Shown in pieces: positions 30,601 to 39,700 of a DNA stretch of 64,000 nt. This DNA is from Clostridiales bacterium (lineage in GTDB: Bacteria > Bacillota > Clostridia > Christensenellales > DTU072). The notes under the pieces are model-generated. The model had not been told where the DNA came from and searched no databases. It saw only the letters and a list, made by a program, of their open reading frames with translations. The position numbers and the translations under genes are program-made. The first letter of the stretch is position 1; each line of letters opens with the position of its first letter. The stretch spans positions 10,728-74,727 of the forward strand of contig JAAZJD010000004.1 of assembly GCA_012800525.1 (NCBI GenBank), written 5' to 3'.

Positions 30601-33600
30601 CAAAGAAACACCATCAACATTTGAATTTTCTATCGATGGCAAAATATCTGGTCCCTGACCATCATATTCTTTATTTAAATTTTGAGCCTCTGATAAAGGA
30701 AGATAAATTTTCCTTTTTAAAACTGTAGCAGCAATACCTGATTTTTCTTCCTCTCCCGATGCAAATTGATAATTTCTTGAAGTGGGTGAACCCTTATCAT
30801 GAATTGATAAACTAACTGAGGCAGTAGTCTCTCCAATGTTTTCGTTATATATAATTGTTGCATCGATAATAACTTTAGATTTATCTATCTCAAATATATC
30901 TGGAATTAAAGCATTATCAACTGTTGTCGTTTCTTCTACAGCAGTTTTCCCATTATATTCTTTTGTTGTATTGATCGCAGCATTTGGAATGCTAATTTCT
31001 TTTTTAGTAATTGTATATCCTATTTGTCTTTTTCCTAGATATACCTTCTTGTCGCTACATAGTGTGTATATTACATAATCCAAATAATATTTGCTTATAG
31101 CTACAGTATTTGCATCCATAGGAGCAATGCCTTCATAATTTGCTTTTACTCCTTTGTTTGCAGCAATATTTTCATAATGAGCTAAAGCATGTATACTTTC
31201 TTCAGATTCATTAAATTTATAACTTGAAGATAACGTTGTATCAACAGTGATAGGAGCCCCGCAGTATATATGCGAATGTTCACCAGCATCCTCACCAAAA
31301 AATCCAGTCGTAAAATTAATTTTTGCAAAATTAAATATTATCTTAAAGTATGTATCCTTTATTATGCTTTCTCCACCAAAGACAACATTTTTAAAACCAA
31401 CTTTATTATAAAAACCTTCTAAAGCATTATTTTCAAAAGGTAAATCTAATAAATCTTCATTGGTGCTATCTACATGCCCTATTACACTTGTTAGATAAAA
31501 CCCATCTCTTAAGTCCATAAACAAATTAACATTTTGACCTACATAATACCTTCCTAGTGCACTATATCCTTCATCATCTTCATAATTAGCAATGATATCA
31601 ATACCTCTAACATATCTTGCAAAAACTTTTTGACCTATGCTTGAAGCTTGATTATATAAAGAAGATTCAGCATATCTTGTATAGTAATTGTTAGCATCGG
31701 GCTTTTGTGATGGTGCTACGGTTTCATCTAAGTATCTATACTCGGTTAGCAATGAAACATCTGGGACGGTGTTAATTCTAAAGGTTTTTCTCATCTCACC
31801 ATCTAAATATTCATCTACCATACTTGCTGTACTTTTTATATTTGAATCTACTGAATTTGTATCAATAAATATATTACCGATAAAATTCAAATATCCATCC
31901 AAGAAACTTTGATTATGAGAAACAAAGTGCCATGCATTGAGACATTTGCTACTAGTAAGTTTTTCATCAAACTCTCTAGCAACTATGCCACCGATTGAAA
32001 CTCCCTCTGGGGCACCACTTTCGAATGGTAAAAGTTGTCCATAAAACATAACAGTTTTTATAGATCCATTAGTTCCAGCTGAATTATCTGCAATAATTCC
32101 ACCAATGCTTCCACCTCTACTGACATTTTGAACCGTTGTTTGAATAAAAAGATTTTCAAATACAGAATTTTTAGCACGACCAACTAACCCGCCAACAACA
32201 TTGACGCCAGTCCCATCTACAGTCGTGTTACTAGAGATTTTCAAGTTTTTTATTGTGGCATTTTCAACATAGTTAAAGAAACCTAAAGCAGTAGTATCAT
32301 TAGATTTTTGCACATAAAATGATGAAATTTCATTATTGTTTCCATCAAATGTCCCTTTGAATGGCTTTGATATTTGTTGATGCAAGCCAATACCATTAAG
32401 TGCACTTATAGGTGAATTTCCGAAACTGAGATTTGTCGTCCCAAGTTTTAAATATTTATTTTCATATGTACGACCCAAAGAAACGTTGTAACTAAATATA
32501 TGAAATTGCGTGGCATTATTTATCATTAATGCATTGGCACTTGTACCCCAGTTACTTTGATATTTTTCATCATAACCAAAATACTTAACCGTAGGAGCAT
32601 ATCTAACCATATGGTTATGCTTTAGCACAATAGGCTCTGTACCAGACTTGATAAAACCTTTAATATATGGTCCAAAAATACCATCTCCAGCAAGAGGTTT
32701 AGTTTCTCTTTCCCATTGTTGCTCTTGAGCGCCAAACAAAACAAAAAGAGATTTGTCTTGATAATTGTCAAGAGGTATTTTTCTTTCATTAGAAATACTT
32801 AAATTTGCAACACTCCTTAAATCCGCATTATGTCCAGGAATTGTAGTTGCATTATATTCTAAAGTATCTCTTCTTCCAAAAGAGTTATTTCTTATATCTG
32901 CATAATTTTGTATCGTAGAATATCCAATAAGTCCACCATGTGAATCTATGTTAACAACGCCATCTGAGCCTAAATTAACAATGCTATAATTATTTTCAAC
33001 TCTACCACCACGATATTCCCCAATAAGCCCACCAGCTCTAGCAGACATGCTTGCAAATATATTGCCAGCAGAAAAACTAAGACTTAATTGACCACCATCA
33101 TTAATTGCAACTAATCCACCTCCAACTGAAGTAGTTGTTATATTGCCTGAAAAAAAGCATTTTTGAATAGTTCCTGCATTTATTACAGCTATTCCACCAA
33201 CATTGTCTTGACTATGTAGATTAGCATTATATAATCCTAAATTAGAAACTTTTCCCGCAGTTGCTATTTTATAAAATAACCCTTTAAATGCTGATTTGTT
33301 TTCTCCGTAAATATTGTAAATTATATAATTATTGCCATCAAAATTTCCTGCAAATTCTTTTTCACCAGATAAACCTATTGTTGCTAACTCATGGTCTTTT
33401 ACATCAATATCATTTACTAATTTGAAATATAACCCAATTTGATTATTATTCAAAACATCAGTATTCAATTGCGCTAAATCATCTACGGTCGAAATTTGAT
33501 AAGGATCAGCTTGAGTCCCACTTCCCAAATGATATGCCTGTGCATTAATTTTTTCGCCTGATGAAAATATTAAAAATAAACCTATAAAAAGCAAAAAGAT

Positions 33601-33642
33601 AAATATTACAAATTTAATTTTTGAGTTTTTGACAAATGTCAT
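27694..33642 (-). CDS. giant surface protein (1982 aa): signal peptide, GLUG-motif region, MBG-like/Ig-like modules, C-terminal TM anchor
   Basis: N-terminal signal (FLIFSSGEKINAQA-Y). Repeated G-G-(L/I)-(V/I/A)-G motifs spaced ~20-25 aa apart (GGIAVINAGTIQKCFFSGNI, AGGLIGEYRGGRVENNYS, VGGLVGRAKNSVFENLFI) match the GLUG motif. Later modules contain YG.D / YGEADP and K.Y(D/N)G. The C-terminus AGIGVAGLILIVVLFVVIKNVMKKKK is a TM anchor with no LPXTG. Confidence 0.85.
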   Translation of the reverse strand: MTFVKNSKIKFVIFIFLLFIGLFLIFSSGEKINAQAYHLGSGTQADPYQISTVDDLAQLNTDVLNNNQIGLYFKLVNDIDVKDHELATIGLSGEKEFAGNFDGNNYIIYNIYGENKSAFKGLFYKIATAGKVSNLGLYNANLHSQDNVGGIAVINAGTIQKCFFSGNITTTSVGGGLVAINDGGQLSLSFSAGNIFASMSARAGGLIGEYRGGRVENNYSIVNLGSDGVVNIDSHGGLIGYSTIQNYADIRNNSFGRRDTLEYNATTIPGHNADLRSVANLSISNERKIPLDNYQDKSLFVLFGAQEQQWERETKPLAGDGIFGPYIKGFIKSGTEPIVLKHNHMVRYAPTVKYFGYDEKYQSNWGTSANALMINNATQFHIFSYNVSLGRTYENKYLKLGTTNLSFGNSPISALNGIGLHQQISKPFKGTFDGNNNEISSFYVQKSNDTTALGFFNYVENATIKNLKISSNTTVDGTGVNVVGGLVGRAKNSVFENLFIQTTVQNVSRGGSIGGIIADNSAGTNGSIKTVMFYGQLLPFESGAPEGVSIGGIVAREFDEKLTSSKCLNAWHFVSHNQSFLDGYLNFIGNIFIDTNSVDSNIKSTASMVDEYLDGEMRKTFRINTVPDVSLLTEYRYLDETVAPSQKPDANNYYTRYAESSLYNQASSIGQKVFARYVRGIDIIANYEDDEGYSALGRYYVGQNVNLFMDLRDGFYLTSVIGHVDSTNEDLLDLPFENNALEGFYNKVGFKNVVFGGESIIKDTYFKIIFNFAKINFTTGFFGEDAGEHSHIYCGAPITVDTTLSSSYKFNESEESIHALAHYENIAANKGVKANYEGIAPMDANTVAISKYYLDYVIYTLCSDKKVYLGKRQIGYTITKKEISIPNAAINTTKEYNGKTAVEETTTVDNALIPDIFEIDKSKVIIDATIIYNENIGETTASVSLSIHDKGSPTSRNYQFASGEEEKSGIAATVLKRKIYLPLSEAQNLNKEYDGQGPDILPSIENSNVDGVSLIKRSDFNFTYTRIGGEAGMLDSLPGTFKVEVSFKEASSSNYFEIGFTENLENTAYLPADNVLTTIAKRQISIEYFNVENLVYDGLSKEITLKLIPQYTNFNNQVVSLGETKIVSYEISFNGGTVSDVLNAGTYLINAIDFVDADTYTLDAESTAHKFLVVASSTSKEVVVNKAHQSQINITSATEYSYSSTANYLFTATGGEVGNYIYSIDIHDSRNNAEGEILENNELVVTNVGTFVVIAERVGNDNYHPVYSTPFLLVVSKSIATLSISDLEVFYGKSITPQFLVNNLEDLPSGFVAPSISISKASENMFTTLNPNQKYVIGEYKLRVFANNAISNVVEFENVAIFANLTIAKRNVTLTILEDIETTYGVDVVIPYSKHEDDADLEINGQLSRQEGIAAGTYDIENGNLAEENPYLNITVNTQGYKYIIKKAVLEFSFAGMEKRYGEADPTPQIIISGLKYQDTVGDIGLNYQFARVPGESVRVEGYAYYLPSNPSLTNTNYEIVFKPTQEGKLFIRKANVIVKNLKTINKPVLEELTPYNVGEDDKIADFYVRNYNNGVWEEISVQGQVKWSDASLSSEFKMLDFKASQTLIRSMEFTIDEGELVALQNYEVISSFDVTINPIKREALAIFTNVPNLKYKGSAYSLADVTSLELKEKISDEAISINEIEILAPAEIKNAGNYTITVKFKGHNYNFTGGSLQKINTFNIAKAKLEVKLQDMTYKDNNVPTKATLVFNGFVGEEGVTMLQTAPSCALPSEAGVYSIAPSGGVSTNYSFEYVEGNIIVKKHEIASVDKGVKATFYGEYDPTIEVTLDETTDAYRLSQTQAQIKLLSKTKAEFANKKAELILQVRGAKGEEVQTGVGADKIVFEVPELYANETNIMVMVVDVNNNVTYANVTVEDGFITLDGEDIEYIVFVSEKPPYVMYAGIGVAGLILIVVLFVVIKNVMKKKKEAKYVKFKQVHEK

Positions 33643-33819
33643 CCTAATTTTTGCTCCTTTCGCTCATTATTAAATATTATCTATATTATATTAACATTTA
33701 AAAAAACTATATACAATATTAAAATGCTGTTAAATAATATAATATTTAATATAAATTCACACTTTAAAAAACAAAAGTTCACTAAATCATCTAAAATAAA
33801 CTCAACTCCACTCTTCAAA

Positions 33820-34110
33820 ACATCAATCTAACCCAAAATAATTCACAAATAACTTACATACAGTCTTTGCAATAAACCATCTAAATATAGCTAAAAACAT
33901 CAATATAACCCAAAAAAATTCACAAATAACCACATACAGTGTTTTCAACAAACCATCTAAACATAGCTTAAAATATCAATCCAACTCAAAAATAAACTAT
34001 CAAAAAACTTACAAATAACCACATAAAGTGTTATGTTTAGAAAATAAAAGTTAAATATAACCAAAAATAAAATATCAAGAAATTCACAAATAACTGATTA
34101 CATTTGAGAC
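33820..34110. repeat. degenerate tandem repeat, ~76-77-bp unit, about 3.5 copies, in the 570-bp leader of the 1982-aa gene
   Basis: Unit 1 (33820-33896) is ACATCAATCTAACCCAAAATAATTCACAAATAACTTACATACAGTCTTTGCAATAAACCATCTAAATATAGCTAAAA. Unit 2 (33897-33972) is ACATCAATATAACCCAAAAAAATTCACAAATAACCACATACAGTGTTTTCAACAAACCATCTAAACATAGCTTAAA. Units 3-4 (33973-~34110) are progressively more diverged but keep ATCAAT..AAC.CAAAAA and CACAAATAAC. Confidence 0.85.
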
Positions 34111-34151
34111 GCTATCAAAACTCACACCCTATTCATTGGTAACTCTAAATC

Positions 34152-34180
34152 AAAAAAGCTGTTAATTTTTCTTAACAGCC
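34152..34180 (-). terminator. rho-independent terminator of the 810-aa gene (second copy of the 15.4-kb hairpin)
   Basis: On the minus strand: GCTGTTAA-N6-TTAACAGC followed by TTTTTT (plus-strand stems at 34158-34165 and 34172-34179), 33 nt after the stop codon. Confidence 0.75.
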
Positions 34181-34212
34181 CTTTCACTCTAACTAACACA
34201 GTAAGATTTGAT

Positions 34213-36645
34213 TTATGATTTCTTTTTCAATTCCCTGGATCCACCTATAGCAAAAAACACAACTCCACTAAACGGCAAAAGGCTTAAAGGTTTAGTAACA
34301 TCTATTTGTTTATCTGCTTGTTCTATTCCTAAAAATGGAGCAAATACTTTTTTATTTGCAACACTAACACCTAATTTTGTTTCAACACCAATCTCAAACT
34401 TAACTTTCTTATCACTATAATTAAATACCGACACTAGAAGATTTCCATTTGATTCAAAACAAGATGCATAGACATTGCTGTGGTCAATTCTTATTGGATT
34501 AGATGTATCCCAAAATCCATAGAAGTTTGAATTGATAAAGTCATATTTATCTACATTTTTATAAAAATGATTTATTACTTCACTTGACAGTGATTCAACA
34601 CCATATTTTGGCAAAGCTCCAAATAAAAGACTCAAAGCAATGGGGGTATTAGCTGGGAATGTTGTTGCTACTCCAAAAGGAACTCCAGTGCGTCCGAGCA
34701 ACAAAGTATAAATATCATAGCTATAATCAAAATTATCGTTATACCAAAGCTTATCAACGAAAGGTAAAACTTCCGCATATGAGCATAATGCCAAAGAAAA
34801 TGCATTTGCTTTATTAAATTGGCTCGTTAACTCAAGTTCAATTATGCCTTGATTTTGTCTAGACTTGGTAAGTGTTTTTCTAGCCCTTTCCATAGTCAAT
34901 GAATCAATTGTTGGATTTTTCATAGAAACACAACGAAGATTTATTGCATTTTGCAAAAAAGATAAGCTTTCTACATAATAATTATTCATGCGAGATTGTG
35001 GTCTTAACAACAGCTGCTCATCTTTATAAGCTTTAATTTGTTTTGCCTCCACATCTACAACAGGACTTCTTTCAAACATATTTTTAGGGGGTGCATTTTT
35101 ATCTGAATCAAATTGTTTTATAATAAGTTCATTGGAAAAACCGTTAAATACTTTAGTAATTATATTTTTTGAGCTAATAGATCTTAAACCGTATTTTAAG
35201 CCAGTTGATAAATTATTATGTCTTGCTTCAGATGCGATTGCGGCAAGTCCTTTCAAATCTTCCAAGGGATAATTTAAATATTTGTAATATCTGATACCTG
35301 GAGATACAATTATGTACTCCATATTTGCAGATTCTACTTCTTTTATAGCTTGTGCATAATCTTTGAATATTTGAGTTTCTGCAATCCTTAATCCCAAAAT
35401 GTTATTAGAACTAAGCTCTTTACATGGAGTTAAATTGATACAAAATTCTAAGGTTAAATCTTTATTTTTAAAAGCAACTATAGCTCCTGTTGAAATATCT
35501 ACTTCAACACCCTCTTTAGTTTTATTAATATTAACTTTACCTTTACCGAAATTTATCCATAAGTTTGAAGGTAAATCCCTTTGAGTACAGTTATAGCTTG
35601 CAATGCTTTCGTTAAATGCAAAAGGAGCTAATTTAATTTTTGCTCCAGAATTTACATCACCTACAAAGAAGTGCTGAACGGGTTTTCCTACATCTAGATT
35701 TACATTCATTGCAAAATTTTCATCAATTTTTTTAGGTAAATTTTCAAGTCCCATAAAATATGACGAGGATTTAAAAAACAATTTTAATGAAAGATTTGAT
35801 ATTAAAAGTTCATTTAAAGTAGAGACATTAATTTTGTATGCAATTGAACCGTCATATTTAATCCTGCTTTCTATAACTACTTTATTATTATCACTAAAAC
35901 TTTCAACATGAGTATCAACAAAAGCTGGCTTTGAGGACATCTTACATTCATCAAACTTCAACTTTACACCCTCTATGTCTAGGCGCATTGGTTTATAAAA
36001 TAAGTTTTTTTGGATATCATTTGTTAAAGCATTTGACTCATCGTAATAGCTTTTAACATCTTCAATCATTCCTTTTTTATCAACTACAATTTTGTGTCCT
36101 AAAATATCAATCTCATTTGCATTTAAAACAACTCTTTTGTAATTTGGCAAAACATCATTCGACCATGCTCTTTTTGAGTTTAACCACTTTAGTCTAGCTA
36201 ACCTTTCTGCTTCATTAAACCCTTCATCAAATACAAGCTCATCTGTTAAATTAAAAACTAAAACTACCTTATCGTCTCCTACTGTAATTTCTGTCTTATA
36301 TGTTTGTAATTTAGCTTTCTTAAAACTAACCCCAATATATATTGGTTGTAAAATATTTTCAATTAAAGATATTTTAGCTGAAAACTTATTGCCAAACGAA
36401 TCAAAACCATTAGTATTTAAACAAGTTACAGCACCTTCTATAGTGTCATCCTCGCTAAATAAGCAGCCTGTTTTTATAGAGACATTTTGCAAGTTATAAT
36501 CTGCAAGTAAAACTAATTTAACAATAAAGTATTCATGTCTAGAAGGACTAAATACATATTCTTTGTTTGGCACCAATCCTTCTAAAATCGTCAAATCTCT
36601 TGGATTTTGTATCATTATTGATTTGTCTAAATTGTATATATCCAT
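34213..36645 (-). CDS. large cytoplasmic protein, putative glycoside hydrolase-like (DUF4091/DUF6067-type by recollection)
   Basis: 810 aa with no signal peptide. RLARLKWLNSKRAWSNDVLPNY and the C-terminal YGFWDTSNPIRIDHSNVYASCF..LLVSVFNYSDKKVKFEI...VFAPFLGIEQ resemble a family annotated as glycoside-hydrolase-domain proteins. It is transcribed directly after the GH2 gene. The function is not proven. Confidence 0.4.
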   Translation of the reverse strand: MDIYNLDKSIMIQNPRDLTILEGLVPNKEYVFSPSRHEYFIVKLVLLADYNLQNVSIKTGCLFSEDDTIEGAVTCLNTNGFDSFGNKFSAKISLIENILQPIYIGVSFKKAKLQTYKTEITVGDDKVVLVFNLTDELVFDEGFNEAERLARLKWLNSKRAWSNDVLPNYKRVVLNANEIDILGHKIVVDKKGMIEDVKSYYDESNALTNDIQKNLFYKPMRLDIEGVKLKFDECKMSSKPAFVDTHVESFSDNNKVVIESRIKYDGSIAYKINVSTLNELLISNLSLKLFFKSSSYFMGLENLPKKIDENFAMNVNLDVGKPVQHFFVGDVNSGAKIKLAPFAFNESIASYNCTQRDLPSNLWINFGKGKVNINKTKEGVEVDISTGAIVAFKNKDLTLEFCINLTPCKELSSNNILGLRIAETQIFKDYAQAIKEVESANMEYIIVSPGIRYYKYLNYPLEDLKGLAAIASEARHNNLSTGLKYGLRSISSKNIITKVFNGFSNELIIKQFDSDKNAPPKNMFERSPVVDVEAKQIKAYKDEQLLLRPQSRMNNYYVESLSFLQNAINLRCVSMKNPTIDSLTMERARKTLTKSRQNQGIIELELTSQFNKANAFSLALCSYAEVLPFVDKLWYNDNFDYSYDIYTLLLGRTGVPFGVATTFPANTPIALSLLFGALPKYGVESLSSEVINHFYKNVDKYDFINSNFYGFWDTSNPIRIDHSNVYASCFESNGNLLVSVFNYSDKKVKFEIGVETKLGVSVANKKVFAPFLGIEQADKQIDVTKPLSLLPFSGVVFFAIGGSRELKKKS

Positions 36646-36718
36646 TATTTCTCCACTTTAATCAAACTTTTTCTACTTATCTCAATATATAATTATTTTT
36701 TAAAACCATTCAATGCTC

Positions 36719-39700
36719 TTAATAAACAATCCTATCTTCATCAATTGCAGTAAATGGAATAATTTTAAAGGCAAACTCATACTTTTTGTCTCTCAACAAA
36801 TAAGGCTTTAATGCCCTTGGTCCACAACTATTACTTCCTATTCCACTCATTTTGCCATCAATTGAAATATAATTTATATTATCAAAAACTAGATCTTCCC
36901 TATGTGTTATTTTTGCTAAAGCTTCATCACTAATTTTCTTTGCTCCGAGATTAAATGGTTTATCTAAAGCTAAAAACATCAAACCTTGCCCTTTATCATT
37001 TTTAACTGAAGCATATCTAACATCAGTTCTATTGCCTGATTCTTGAGGTTTAATATATGGGAACATAAAGTCTTCAACTTTTTGTCTATAAAGTCCAAGA
37101 CGAGATTGACCTTTAAAGTCAGAATAATTTTCGTATGGCCCACATCCGTAATAATAAATCTCATTGAACTCTTCTTTTAATTCTACAACTCTTCCAAATC
37201 TTGGTAATGTTATATTATTTCTTGTATCTACCTTAGTAAGTTCTGTCGATAAAGTAACTACACCGTTTGATTCAATAGATGTTACTTCAACAACTTTGAA
37301 TAAAGTTTTACCTTTTGGGTTTAAAATATTCTTTTCAACTTTAATTAACGCTTCTTTTTTACTGTTTGTAACTGAATATTTTTTTACAACAAATGAAGTT
37401 TCGTTATATCCAAGTTTATCCCAAACTCTTCTTATATTTCTGTCATTATCGGTAGGAGCTCTAAAAATATTTGTATAAAAATTACCTTTACTGTTTTGTT
37501 TTAGGGGCTTTTCTGCCAAATACTTAATATCTCCAACTACATATGATGAAATGCAACCTAAGGTTTTATTGAAAATTAGCTCACCGTTATCAAAGTTTAT
37601 TAATATAAATGTATCTTTTTCTGTTACAGTTAGGTCCTTACCATGAGATAGCTGAATTTGAGATAAAGCTTCATTTATACGTAGTTCTTCAGTTGCCACA
37701 ATCTTATCTTTATCAAAATAATCTAAGTGTAAAACTATATCACCAGAATGAATATCAATATTAATATTATATTCTTTTGATGACATAGGCTCTATATCAC
37801 TTGGAAATTCAACTTCAAAAGCAGGCTCTCCTTCAATGAGCATGACACCTTTTATTGTAAGGTATGATGTATTTCTAAATCTATTAACATTTGTAAACTT
37901 TACTATTCCAGGTTTAATAAATTCTGCAAGTAGCGGTCTATATGCATTTTTTATTGCAAGAGCTGCGGTATGAGGTGTTCTATCTGGAAAGAACATTCCA
38001 TCTACGCAAAAATTACCATCATGAGTATATTCACCGTGATCCCCACCATAAGTATATTTATATTTTTTGTCTTCATGATAAATGGCATGATCTATCATTT
38101 CCCAAACGCAACCACCAACTAGTGCATCGTATTTATAAAAAGCTTCCATATACTCTTTAATTGAGCCAGGCCCTACTCCCATGGCGTGCACATATTCACA
38201 TAAGAAATATGGCTTATCTTTATATTTATGTTTTTTAGCTTCATAATGACCAACAAGCTTATTTTCTGCAAGTTTTACAATGGTTATAGGGTCCAAATAC
38301 ATTCCACCTACAACATCGTATCCACCACGTTTATAAGCTATCGCTCTTTCATAATAAATCGGTATTAAAGTTAATTTTTTAAGCTCATCATAGCAATAAT
38401 CTTGACACTTAATCCCACCAGCTTCATTTCCTAGTGACCACATAATTATACAAGGCGAGTTTCTATCTCTCATGTATAACCTTTTTACCCTATCCCAGTA
38501 ATGATGTTTCCATTTTAAATTATTGCTAATTTTACCTCTTGGCATTAAACCATGAGTTTCAATATCTGCTTCATCAATTACATATAGACCTAATTGATCG
38601 GCAATTTCTAACAATAATGGATCTGGAGGATAGTGAGAAGTTCTAACTGCATTCATATTATAGTCTTTGCATATTTTCATATCTAAATAAATTTCTTTTG
38701 CAGTTAAAACATAGCCTCTTTGAGGATGTGTATCATGGTGATTTACACCCTTAATTTTTACTGGCTTTCCATTGAAAAGCAAGACTCTTCCATCTATTGT
38801 TACTGTTTTAAAGCCTACTTCTTTTCTAATGCATTCAATAACTTTATTATTTCTCTTGAGTATTAACTTTAATACATATAGCGTTGGAATTTCTGCATTC
38901 CACTCTATTACATCAAGCTTGTCAAACATAATTTTAGTATATGCACTTGCATCCGCTGTTTTTGAAACAACAACTTTGCCTTCTGGACTTATTAACTTAG
39001 CTTCAACTTTTGCACCATCATAATTTTCAATATCAACAGACAAGATAACATCATATAAGCCATTTGCAGTTTTATTTGTGAAGAAATCAAAATCATGAAT
39101 ATATGTAAGATCGCTTTCATATAGCAATACATCTCTAAATATTCCATTGTTTCTAAACATATCTTGGTCTTCTAGATAAGAGCCATTACACCATTTATAC
39201 ACGACAGCAACAAGCTCATTTTTACCTTGCACTAAATATTTATCAAGTAAAAATTCTGCAGTATTATGTGCTCCTTCACTATAACCTACATACTTTCCAT
39301 TGATATACAACTCTAAATTACTAGCAACTCCTAAAAATGAAATAATAAACTTTTTGTCTAAACTTTCAACATCAATAAAAGTTCTATAAACACCTACGCT
39401 ATTGTATTGTTCTTTCCCACAAGCATACTCTGTCCCATTTATATCATCGCCATATGTTCCTACTAGTTTAGTAGTTGGTATATGTGGTGGGTTTGGTTTA
39501 AATTGATAATTTACATTTGTATAAAAAGGAGGTTCATATCCTAAAAATTGCCAACATGATGGTACTGGAATTTGATCAAAATCAATATTTTCTGTATCAA
39601 AGTTAGTTGGTAATTCTTTTACAGATTTATAGTATTTAAAATCCCATGTGCCATTCAAGCACCTTACTTTATCACTCTTATAGCGTCTATCTAAAATATT

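Noticed and set aside
33670-33749. Inverted repeat TTAAATATTAT / ATAATATTTAA upstream of the GLUG giant gene as an invertible (phase-variable) promoter
   Set aside because: An 11-bp A/T-only palindrome pair is expected by chance in sequence this AT-rich, and no invertase or site-specific recombinase gene lies nearby.
33820-34110. Possible CRISPR array, because of regularly spaced repeats
   Set aside because: The units are contiguous, with no unique spacers between conserved repeats. They are ~76 bp long and decay progressively, and no cas genes are in the window. It is a degenerate tandem repeat.
36979-37164. 61-aa minus-strand ORF inside lacZ
   Set aside because: It is an out-of-frame ORF within a strongly supported GH2 coding region, with no start signals.
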